Of a stretch of 10,884 bases of DNA, positions 1 to 7,819 are shown in pieces. The DNA comes from Promethearchaeota archaeon (GTDB lineage: Archaea; Asgardarchaeota; Lokiarchaeia; Sigyniarchaeales; SOKP01). A model generated the notes under the pieces. It was not told the DNA's origin. It searched no databases and saw only the letters and a program-made list of their open reading frames with translations. The translations under genes were made by a program, and so were the position numbers. Numbering within the stretch: the stretch's first letter is position 1; the number at the start of each line of letters is the position of its first letter. The stretch lies in assembly GCA_048938895.1 (NCBI GenBank), contig JBHLLU010000097.1, forward strand, positions 1-10,884, in the 5' to 3' direction.

Positions 1-1536
1 AAAGGAGTATTTATTCATATATTTGGAAAACTAAAAACAGCAAATTTATTTTTTAAACTAATGAGTCCATTTGCTCGGGGAGGGTATGAGAGCTTATTAC
101 TTTCTTTAGTTACTGAATCGAGTGTAAATTTGACCCTAATGCTTGCTAACGAACTTTTGTCGGGATTTGCTCAATTTATTATAAAATTAAAGGATGCCTA
201 TAGAGCATTTGATCATGAACCTAAGAATTTTAAAGCAGATCCAAATAAAAGGCATGAAATTAGAAATTTTTTCTTTTCCTATTTTGAGTCGATTAAGCCT
301 GTAATAAAAACTTTAGAAATGGCTGAAAAAAGATATCAAGCATTGTTTAAAGCTGCTAAAGATGCTATTTTCATAATGAATCGAGATTCTGGAGTAATAA
401 TTGATGTGAATTTGGAAGGGGAACAATTAGTAGAAAAAACAAAAGAAGAGATTGTTGGTATAAAAGCTTTAGGTCTAGAATTATTTGATGAGGGTTTAGT
501 TGATCAAAATATGGTTAAACATTTAATCAATCAACCCCCACCAATTATTTCCAGGACAAAAAAGTCTACAAATAAACAAATATATTTGGAAGTTAACGTA
601 AATGAAGTTAAACTTGGAGATGAATACTTTATACAATATATGTTTCATGATATAACTGATATACATGTGATTGAGGATAAGCTTAAAAAACAGATTAAAA
701 AAACTGAAATATTGAACAAAATTATAAGTATAGCCAATCAGGCTGATAATCTCTCGGCATTATTAGTTAATATAAGAGATAGCTTTATTAATTTATTTGA
801 ACTAGAAGGATGTGCTATATATTTAATAAATAAATCCCAAAATTTAGCACAAATCAAAGTGCATAAAGGATTCGCTTCTTATTTCATTTTAGAAAATAGT
901 GAATTAGATATTAATTTAGAACCTTATGACATTGTGTTTACAAAGGGAGTTGCACTTATCAACAATAATTTTCCTGATGTTATTAAACAGTTTTTTGAAG
1001 GATTAGAAATAAAATCTACCGCAATAATTCCTCTATTCTCCAAATTTGAGATTATAGGCTCTTTAAATATGATTTTCAAAGAAAATAGAGTGTTATTACC
1101 TGAAGAAATGGAATTGATAATTACGATTGGGTTAGAAATAGGAACAGCTATTGAAAGAATGCAAAATAAGGAAGAATTAAGACATAGCGAAATGCAAAAT
1201 AGTATTCTCTTTGAACATATACCATTCTCGATTTTCAAAATTTCGAACCAAGGGATATTTTTAGATATAAAATTAGATAAAAAAATTGAAAAGCTTATAG
1301 AGCAAATATTTACATCAAAAAAGTTCATAGGTAGACATATTCGGACACTTCTACCATCTGAGACGGTAGAAGAAGCACAAAATAAAATTGAACAAGCACT
1401 TAGTCGTAGAGATCCTCAAGAATTTAGATTCATTTTACCCATAGAGAATAACAAAATAATTTTTCAATCAAATATAATACCTTTCGGAGATAAAGAAGTA
1501 TTAGTTTTTTTACAAAATGTAACCAGAACTTGGTAA
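1..1536 (+). CDS. PAS-GAF-PAS sensor protein with putative N-terminal longin/uDENN-like domain, probably 5'-partial
   Basis: Frame 1 is open from base 1 (KGVFIHIFGKLKTANLFFKL) into the ATG at 61, so the true start probably lies upstream of the window. PAS1 at about 322-660 (EKRYQALFKAAKDAIFIMN...IIDVN...HDITD). GAF at about 700-1160 (S.AIIPLFSKFEIIGSLNM...IGTAIER). PAS2 at about 1180-1533 (ILFEHIPFSIFKISNQG...VFLQNVT). No HisKA, HATPase or GGDEF domain follows. Confidence 0.85.
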   Translation, partial: KGVFIHIFGKLKTANLFFKLMSPFARGGYESLLLSLVTESSVNLTLMLANELLSGFAQFIIKLKDAYRAFDHEPKNFKADPNKRHEIRNFFFSYFESIKPVIKTLEMAEKRYQALFKAAKDAIFIMNRDSGVIIDVNLEGEQLVEKTKEEIVGIKALGLELFDEGLVDQNMVKHLINQPPPIISRTKKSTNKQIYLEVNVNEVKLGDEYFIQYMFHDITDIHVIEDKLKKQIKKTEILNKIISIANQADNLSALLVNIRDSFINLFELEGCAIYLINKSQNLAQIKVHKGFASYFILENSELDINLEPYDIVFTKGVALINNNFPDVIKQFFEGLEIKSTAIIPLFSKFEIIGSLNMIFKENRVLLPEEMELIITIGLEIGTAIERMQNKEELRHSEMQNSILFEHIPFSIFKISNQGIFLDIKLDKKIEKLIEQIFTSKKFIGRHIRTLLPSETVEEAQNKIEQALSRRDPQEFRFILPIENNKIIFQSNIIPFGDKEVLVFLQNVTRTW

Positions 1537-1572
1537 AATTTTTAATAAAATATTCAAGGATTTTAAGTATCA

Positions 1573-2622
1573 TTAAGTAGTAATAAATTTTAACATACTG
1601 CTTATTTTCTCACTTTTAGTTTGAAAATCAATTGCAAGGGAGTCATCTCCTAATTCGAGACATAAATTGCTGATTTTTTCAAAAAGTACTGCAGCTTCAC
1701 TAAATTCACCCCCTTCTAAAGCCTTCTGAGCTTCATTCATTAAATTTTCTCTCTCAAGTAATGGCCTTAATAGTGGTGATACTTCTTTATCCATTTCTAA
1801 TAAATCTGCAATAATGCGTATCATTTTTGAACGATTTTCAACATCTATTGCTACAAAACCATATGTTTTTCTGCCCATTATTCTTTCTATGTCCTCAACT
1901 TTCATCGCATTAGGAACATCTTGCTTGTTAGCAATTACTGCGAATTGAGCATGAGGAACCGCTTTATTTGCTAATTCAATAAAGAATCGGCTTTTTTCGA
2001 TATTTTCCAATGTTGAATCAGTCATTAAGAGAACTGCATCACTCCCAGTTATAAACTTTTCCCATAAAAAATTGAACTCATCTTGTCCAGCAAAGTCCCA
2101 TAATAAGAATGACAACTTACCAATTTTGATGGTTGCTATTTCGCCTGTTATTGTAGGAATATGTCTCATTGGGATTTTATCTGATTTTATTAATCTGGTA
2201 GTAGTAGTTTTCCCAACTCCAGAAAAACCAACAATTGAAATTTTAGGTTTAAGGTTACTGTGAATCTTGTCGACAATTGGGTCTAAGACTTCATTTATTA
2301 CTTCAAAATCTTCCTCTCTGATGCTATCACCATAAAATTCCAAGAAGTCTCTTTTAAATTTTATCAGATGAGATTTGATCTCTTTAAAGTCATCAATTAT
2401 TCCAGACACAAATAGTATTATTAAATCAGAATCTTTATCAATAATATATGAGAGTTTATACTTAAAAACCTCATATGTCCCTATGTTTGTCTCTGACTCT
2501 ATGAGTTCAATGCTTTTTACTATTTGAAATGTATCTGTTAAAAGATTTTTATCTAATCCTTTCGCGTATTTCCTTTGATAGATCAATTTATCATTTAAGA
2601 TTATAAATATTTGGCGTAGCAT
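1573..2622 (-). CDS. Arf-like small GTPase with N-terminal longin-like domain and C-terminal helical (TPR/MIT-like) extension, paralog A
   Basis: G1 GFSGVGKTT, G2 PTIT, G3 WDFAGQ and G4 ANKQD; WDxxGQ plus ANKQD are Arf-family-like. The roughly 120-aa N-terminus (MLRQIFIILNDKLIYQRKY...) has a longin/adaptin-like beta-beta-alpha-beta-beta-beta-alpha pattern, judged by eye. The C-terminus is amphipathic helices (EAQKALEGGEFSEAAVLFEKISNL). Confidence 0.9.
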   Translation of the reverse strand: MLRQIFIILNDKLIYQRKYAKGLDKNLLTDTFQIVKSIELIESETNIGTYEVFKYKLSYIIDKDSDLIILFVSGIIDDFKEIKSHLIKFKRDFLEFYGDSIREEDFEVINEVLDPIVDKIHSNLKPKISIVGFSGVGKTTTTRLIKSDKIPMRHIPTITGEIATIKIGKLSFLLWDFAGQDEFNFLWEKFITGSDAVLLMTDSTLENIEKSRFFIELANKAVPHAQFAVIANKQDVPNAMKVEDIERIMGRKTYGFVAIDVENRSKMIRIIADLLEMDKEVSPLLRPLLERENLMNEAQKALEGGEFSEAAVLFEKISNLCLELGDDSLAIDFQTKSEKISSMLKFITT

Positions 2623-2647
2623 CTTAATACCTTATTATTCCATTATC

Positions 2648-2657
2648 TATATAAAAA
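2648..2657 (-). promoter_or_regulatory. Candidate archaeal TATA box for GTPase paralog A
   Basis: The minus strand reads TTTTTATATA 26-35 nt upstream of the ATG at 2622, a spacing compatible with a leaderless or short-leader transcript. The AT-rich background weakens this. Confidence 0.35.
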
Positions 2658-2742
2658 TCTATTAATATAAATTCTCCTTTCATTCATCAAATATCCTAAT
2701 TTAATGAAGATATAAGGTGGTTTTAATGATTCATTTGATCTT

Positions 2743-2793
2743 AAAAAATCTTTAAAAAAACTACCAGAATCTGATATCAAAGCTATAAAAAAA
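2743..2793 (-). terminator. Candidate oligo-T terminator signals downstream of paralog B
   Basis: Minus-strand T7 (2787-2793), T7 (2754-2760) and T6 (2743-2748) runs follow the stop at 2811. Confidence 0.35.
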
Positions 2794-2810
2794 CTCGTTA
2801 ATATCTAACT

Positions 2811-3863
2811 TCATGAACTAGTCAGAGATTTTAGCATGCTATTTATTTTCTCACTTTTGCTTTGAAAATCAATAGCAAGAGAATCATCTCCTAATTCGAG
2901 ACATAAATTGCTGATTTTTTCAAAAAGTAAAACAGCATCGCTAAATTTTCCCCCTTCTAAAGCCTTTTGGGCTTCATCCATTAAATTTTCTCTCTCAAGT
3001 AAGGGTTTTAATAATGGAGATACTTTAGTGTCCATATCTAATAAATCTGCTATAATTCGTATCATTTTTGGACGATTTTCAACGTCTATTGCTATGAATC
3101 CATATGTTTTATTGCCCATTAATCTTTCTATCTCCCCTACTTTCATTGCATTAGGTAAGTCCTGTTTATTAGCGATCACAGCGAATCGTGCATAAGGAAC
3201 TGCCTTATTAACTAATTCAATAAAGAATCGGCTTTTTTCGAGGTTTTCCAAGGTTGAATCAGTCATTAAGAGCACCGCATCACTTCCTCTTATAAATTTT
3301 TCCCATAAAAAATCGAATTGATCCTGTCCTGCGAAATCCCATAAAAAGAAAGATAATTTACCTATTTTGATGGTCGCGACTTCACCTGTTATTGTAGGTA
3401 TATGTTGCATTGGTATTTCTTCTGATTTTATTAATCTGGTAGTAGTTGTTTTCCCCACCCCTGAAAACCCAACAATCGAAATTTTTGGCTTTAAATTTCT
3501 ATGTATGGAATCTACAATAGGATCTAAAACTTCAGCAATAATTTCAAAACCATCTTCTTTAAGACTCTCACCGTAAAATTCCAAGAATTCTTTTCGGAAT
3601 TTTTTTAGTTGAGGTTCTATATCTTTAAAATCATCCCCTAATCCAGAAACGAATAATATTACTAAATCTGAATCATCATCAACAATATAAGAAAGTTTAT
3701 ACTCAAAAAATTCATAAATTCCTGTTTCAGTCCCAAATTTAGAAAGCGCCATCTTTTTAACTTTTTGATAAACACTTGTAAATAAGGAAGTATCTAATCC
3801 CTTAGCATAACTCCTCTGATAACCTAATTTGTCGTTTAATATTATAAAAACTTGGCGCAGCAT
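2811..3863 (-). CDS. Arf-like small GTPase with N-terminal longin-like domain and C-terminal helical extension, paralog B
   Basis: Same G motifs as paralog A (GFSGVGKTT, PTIT, WDFAGQ, ANKQD). It aligns to A without gaps at about 78% amino-acid identity by manual count. Confidence 0.9.
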   Translation of the reverse strand: MLRQVFIILNDKLGYQRSYAKGLDTSLFTSVYQKVKKMALSKFGTETGIYEFFEYKLSYIVDDDSDLVILFVSGLGDDFKDIEPQLKKFRKEFLEFYGESLKEDGFEIIAEVLDPIVDSIHRNLKPKISIVGFSGVGKTTTTRLIKSEEIPMQHIPTITGEVATIKIGKLSFFLWDFAGQDQFDFLWEKFIRGSDAVLLMTDSTLENLEKSRFFIELVNKAVPYARFAVIANKQDLPNAMKVGEIERLMGNKTYGFIAIDVENRPKMIRIIADLLDMDTKVSPLLKPLLERENLMDEAQKALEGGKFSDAVLLFEKISNLCLELGDDSLAIDFQSKSEKINSMLKSLTSS

Positions 3864-3902
3864 ATTATGATTCTAATATTCTATTATGTTCGTATAAAAT
3901 AA

Positions 3903-4805
3903 TTAATTTAAATCCTTCTTTAATTCATCTAATATCTTAATCATATCTTCCTTTTCTAAAGTTTCAGAAAAAATTATAATATATTTAAAACTAGGATTAT
4001 GGTTATCAACATTTGTTATCACTCTATTAAATAATTTAGGCCCTAGACTCACAACATTGCTCTTAATTGAAACTAGTTCTGAAGATTTACTAATATTGTA
4101 AACATCTTCATATAAGTAGTATAATATGTTCGTGTCAAAATCTTCTGATATTTCTTGAATTATAAGGTAATTATCTTGATTTGTAACAAAACAACTTGTT
4201 TTTGAAGAATTCTGTAATTTATTCTTGATATTTTCTTTCAATGTCGAAGTATTTTCTGTGAAATTACTAATTGTATTTGAAATGGCATTATAAGTTGTAT
4301 AAATTAAGTTAGGGTGAAGGCTTGTAAAATAAAGGGGGAGTTCTTCAGGAAGTTCTAGCTGCTTTATTATTTGCTTTCGTATAAAAGAGAGTAGTGTTCC
4401 TATCTTTTTCTTAATTATTAGGTCAATTTTGTGTAAAAATAATACGATTTTCGCGCCAAAATCATGTTTTTTATTAATTTCATAGATTTTTCTAATATCA
4501 TCAATAATATCTTGAGAATCTGATATCCATGTAGGATAATCAAATACGTATATGATAGCCCCTGCATCTCCAAATGCTAATATCTGTTTTTGTTCATCTT
4601 GTAAAATAATAGGTAATGATTGACCTGGAGCATCTATTAAACTAACTTTAGAATCCATAAATTGATGAACTGAGTATTTAATTCCAATTGTAGCTTCAAG
4701 AGGGAAGAGGATTAAATCACTTGGATCTTCTCCCTCAAATATGACTTTTTTGATCGTTGTTTTACCCATACTAGGTTTTCCGATTAAACTCACTTTAGTA
4801 GCCAT
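3903..4805 (-). CDS. Rag/Gtr-family GTPase with putative C-terminal roadblock-like domain
   Basis: G1 GKPSMGKTT followed by IKKVIF, switch I LEAT, G3 DAPGQ, then F..AGAIIYVFD, G4 HKID (His in G4 is a Rag hallmark) and G5 FTSL followed by TYNAIS. The roughly 115-aa alpha/beta C-terminal extension sits where Rag GTPases carry the roadblock domain. Confidence 0.85.
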   Translation of the reverse strand: MATKVSLIGKPSMGKTTIKKVIFEGEDPSDLILFPLEATIGIKYSVHQFMDSKVSLIDAPGQSLPIILQDEQKQILAFGDAGAIIYVFDYPTWISDSQDIIDDIRKIYEINKKHDFGAKIVLFLHKIDLIIKKKIGTLLSFIRKQIIKQLELPEELPLYFTSLHPNLIYTTYNAISNTISNFTENTSTLKENIKNKLQNSSKTSCFVTNQDNYLIIQEISEDFDTNILYYLYEDVYNISKSSELVSIKSNVVSLGPKLFNRVITNVDNHNPSFKYIIIFSETLEKEDMIKILDELKKDLN

Positions 4806-4871
4806 TCTATAACCTCAACCTATTGTTATCGTTTATTTTTTAAGATACATACAAGGAGCTTTTTTATTATC

Positions 4872-4917
4872 AAATAAAAGAAAAAATATTTAAATTTGAG
4901 TAAATAAAAAGAAAAAT
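4872..4917 (-). terminator. Two near-identical T-rich tracts; candidate terminator of the oxidoreductase pair
   Basis: Plus-strand AAATAAAAGAAAAAAT (4872-4887) and AAATAAAAAGAAAAAT (4902-4917) give oligo-T tracts on the minus strand 31-76 nt after the stop at 4948. Confidence 0.4.
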
Positions 4918-4947
4918 CTCTTAATGTAGGATTAGTGCAATCTTCTT

Positions 4948-6186
4948 TTATATTCTGGAAGCAATTAAATCAATAATATCAATAACATCAATTATGTCAT
5001 TGATTTCTTGACCATATTCATCATATGTTGATTTTAAATTGCCTATACAAAAAGGGCAACTGGTAGTTAAGATCTCAGCTCCAGAATCTATGGCTTCTTT
5101 AATTCTTTCTTTTGCTATTCCCTTAGCTAAATCTGGATATTGACTTTTTACCCCTCCTCCAGCACCACAACACCAAGAATGAGAACGGTTCCTTTTCATC
5201 TCAATTAATTCTAAGTTGGGGATCTTCATTAAAACTTCTCGTGGTATTTCATATAAATTCATATGACGTCCCAAATGACACGGATCATGGTATGTGACTT
5301 TTAATAGTTCATTCTCATGAGGTTTAAATGGAATTTGATTGTTGTTGAGAAGGTCAATTAATATTTCTGTAATATGCTTTACTTCAAAGGGTAATTTTAT
5401 TCCCAAAATCTCAGGATAATCTTTTTTTAAGGTTCGATAACAGCCTGCGCAAGCGGTAAATACTGTTTTAGCACCCATATTCTCTAGAAGTTTAAAATTA
5501 TGTCTCATCATATTTTCTCCGCTTTCACCGACTCTCAATCCTATCGAACCACAACACCATTCATCTTTTGATACTGCAATTTCAATTTCAGCAGCCTGGA
5601 AAATTTTCATCATATTTTTCAAAGTATTCACCTGTCGTAAAGGCATTGTACATCCCCCGAAGAACACTAAATCCCCTTTTTCTTTAATATTTGGGAATGA
5701 AGAGATCCAATCAAATTTTTTCCCTTGTTCTTCTCCATACGGATTTTTTATATCTACGTTATTCATCCACTCAATCAGGGAAGCATGCTTTTCAAGCGGA
5801 GCAAATCCTGCTTTCACTAAATCTTTTCGTAATGCATTCCATACTTTACAATGATCAATCCATTTAGAGATATTTAAAACCACATTATCATCCGATTGGT
5901 GACAAGTTTCAGTGCAATTACCACATTCAGTGCACTGATATACAAATTCTGCTAACTCTCTACTTAATGGGATTGAACCTTTTAATATACTTTTTAACAC
6001 ACTCATCCTCCCTCTTGAAAAGTATATCTCAAATGCTTCTTCTCCTAAGGCTTCTTTCACAGGACAGGTCAAATCTATACCTACCATAGGATTTATGGCA
6101 AAACCACATTCTCCACACCCCATACATGAAAATATTGCGTTCCATTCTTTTTTCAAGTTTTCTAATTCAGTCATGAGTTCAATCAC
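4948..6186 (-). CDS. Fe-S oxidoreductase, GlcF/HdrD-like (two 4Fe-4S ferredoxin motifs plus two CCG domains)
   Basis: CMGCGEC...CP and CTECGNCTETC ferredoxin motifs. CCG-domain motifs FFGGC, EWCCGS, ACAGC, YHDPCHLGR, WCCGAGGG and TSCPFC. It overlaps the upstream gene by 8 nt; an alternative start is the ATG at 6174. Confidence 0.92.
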   Translation of the reverse strand: MIELMTELENLKKEWNAIFSCMGCGECGFAINPMVGIDLTCPVKEALGEEAFEIYFSRGRMSVLKSILKGSIPLSRELAEFVYQCTECGNCTETCHQSDDNVVLNISKWIDHCKVWNALRKDLVKAGFAPLEKHASLIEWMNNVDIKNPYGEEQGKKFDWISSFPNIKEKGDLVFFGGCTMPLRQVNTLKNMMKIFQAAEIEIAVSKDEWCCGSIGLRVGESGENMMRHNFKLLENMGAKTVFTACAGCYRTLKKDYPEILGIKLPFEVKHITEILIDLLNNNQIPFKPHENELLKVTYHDPCHLGRHMNLYEIPREVLMKIPNLELIEMKRNRSHSWCCGAGGGVKSQYPDLAKGIAKERIKEAIDSGAEILTTSCPFCIGNLKSTYDEYGQEINDIIDVIDIIDLIASRI

Positions 6187-7690
6187 CTTTTAAATTGAAT
6201 TTACCTCTACTTAAAATATACTTTGGATCAAGAATTTTCTTGATTGACTTCATAAGATTATAATATTCTTGTGAGTAAGCACCAATCTCAACCATAAGGC
6301 TTGATGGGAGGGTTCCAAACATATAATATTGTACTCCATGCTTGAACATTCTAATCAGCAATGATTTCCATAATTTTAGATTAAGATCATCAATAATCTC
6401 ATGCACTCTGCCATCATGATAACTGGAAGAAGTATTAAAGCCTACTGTATATTCTACATTACTTCCATCGATTAGTGCTATCGGCCCAGATCCACTCATA
6501 ATAACAAGATTTCCTGTGATATCTGAGATTTGATTCATATCTTCTCTATGTTCATTTTCCCAGGTTTGTGTATCTAAAAATAATTCAGGAAGCATACCAG
6601 CGGGAGTGAAACATTCAGCTGTAAATGGTTCGCTCGCGGCTACTAATCCCCAGAGATTATGATATAAGTGCCAGGGATTTTCATATTGCCATTTCGCGAA
6701 ATTACCATCTGAAATTTCTGGTCCTATTTCCTCTGATTTCTTATTTAGAAATATCTTATCTAATTGTTTAACTCTTTCAGATAGCTCTATTTCAGTGTTA
6801 GCTTCAATAGTATAAAAAAGGATTCCTCGTTTTCTTTTTAAATTGTCCCATAATGGAAATACGCCTAGAGGTGCTGAAGTAGCCACAATTAACTGAGGTA
6901 TGTAGATTGCATCAAAAACATCAATCCCTTTCCTTCTAATTTCCATTAAAATTTGAGATGCTGCCTCTACATCCTTACGTGGTAATAAATAAGTTTTATA
7001 TTCAGCAAAAGGAGGTCTTGGAAACACTTGTAATGATATTTTTGTTTTTACACCGTAAATTCCATTATCACCACAAAAGAGTCCTGCTAGATCTGGACCA
7101 TTCCCCGTCCGATTGAAAGGAAATTTCGAAAATATGTTTGCTTGTGAACCTGTTTCAATAATGTCACCTGTTGGTAGAACAACTTCTAATGACACTAATT
7201 GATTTGTACAAGCACCATATTTAGCACATCCACCGGCTCCAACTGAATGATGAGAGATTCCACCTCCTATTGAGGCAGTCAAACCAGATCCTGGTCCTAA
7301 ACACCCGGTATAAAGTCCAAACTGAGATAGATAGTCATTTAATGCTCCCCAGGAAATACCTGCTTCAGCAGTTATTATAAGATTATCCTGATCCAAATTT
7401 ATAATATTACTCATTCTTTTCATGTCTAAAAGAATCCCTGTATTTCCATCCGCAATACTGCCCCCCCATTCACAACAACCCCCTCCACGTTGAATTACAG
7501 GTATGTTTTCTTCATTTGCAATTTTGAGAACTTCTGAAATTTCACTTGCATCTTTAGGACGAATAACAATATCAGGAACGCCTTGTAAAACGGGATTTAC
7601 ATTACGGGAATATGCATGGCGTACATAAAGATCTTTTGATATAAATCGTTTTGACACAATTTTTTCTAATTTATGAAATGTATCTGACAT
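6179..7690 (-). CDS. FAD-binding oxidoreductase, VAO/PCMH-type (GlcD/D-lactate dehydrogenase-like), substrate unknown
   Basis: PDIVIRP...E.SEVLKIANEENIPVIQRGGG, AEAGI, ASIGG, KYG...SLEVVLPTGDII, GPDLAGLFCGDNGIYGVKT and a C-terminal LDPKYILSRGK. It is paired with a GlcF-like gene. Confidence 0.9.
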   Translation of the reverse strand: MSDTFHKLEKIVSKRFISKDLYVRHAYSRNVNPVLQGVPDIVIRPKDASEISEVLKIANEENIPVIQRGGGCCEWGGSIADGNTGILLDMKRMSNIINLDQDNLIITAEAGISWGALNDYLSQFGLYTGCLGPGSGLTASIGGGISHHSVGAGGCAKYGACTNQLVSLEVVLPTGDIIETGSQANIFSKFPFNRTGNGPDLAGLFCGDNGIYGVKTKISLQVFPRPPFAEYKTYLLPRKDVEAASQILMEIRRKGIDVFDAIYIPQLIVATSAPLGVFPLWDNLKRKRGILFYTIEANTEIELSERVKQLDKIFLNKKSEEIGPEISDGNFAKWQYENPWHLYHNLWGLVAASEPFTAECFTPAGMLPELFLDTQTWENEHREDMNQISDITGNLVIMSGSGPIALIDGSNVEYTVGFNTSSSYHDGRVHEIIDDLNLKLWKSLLIRMFKHGVQYYMFGTLPSSLMVEIGAYSQEYYNLMKSIKKILDPKYILSRGKFNLKGD

Positions 7691-7819
7691 GTTAATCGTT
7701 AAATAAGTAGTAATTCTAAAGTAATTTATAATAGAAACGATAAACTACTTAAAGTTATTCAATTTTAAAAATTCGTCAGAGAGTTATTTGAATGAAAATT
7801 ACAAAGATAGAAATAAACA

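Larger units (their letters stand above)
1573..3863 (-). repeat. Tandem gene duplication: two copies of about 1.05 kb (1573-2622 and 2811-3863)
   Basis: The proteins are collinear, and there are identical DNA tracts such as 1643-1688 = 2884-2929 (46 nt) and 1971-2000 = 3212-3241 (30 nt). Confidence 0.95.

Noticed and set aside
924-1328. 134-aa minus-strand ORF
   Set aside because: It lies entirely antisense to the PAS/GAF gene and has no motifs, so it is a shadow ORF.
2072-3576. Plus-strand ORFs 2072-2263, 2908-3195 and 3367-3576, two of which resemble each other
   Set aside because: They are antisense to the GTPase genes, and their similarity just reflects the duplication.
4948-7690. Assigning gene symbols glcD/glcF or hdrD
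   Set aside because: The families are clear, but the GlcD active-site motifs are missing, so orthology and substrate are unsupported.
7695-7750. Short inverted pairs ATCGTT/AACGAT and AAGTAG/CTACTT in the divergent spacer
   Set aside because: Only 6-mers, not nested into one palindrome, and in AT-rich DNA.
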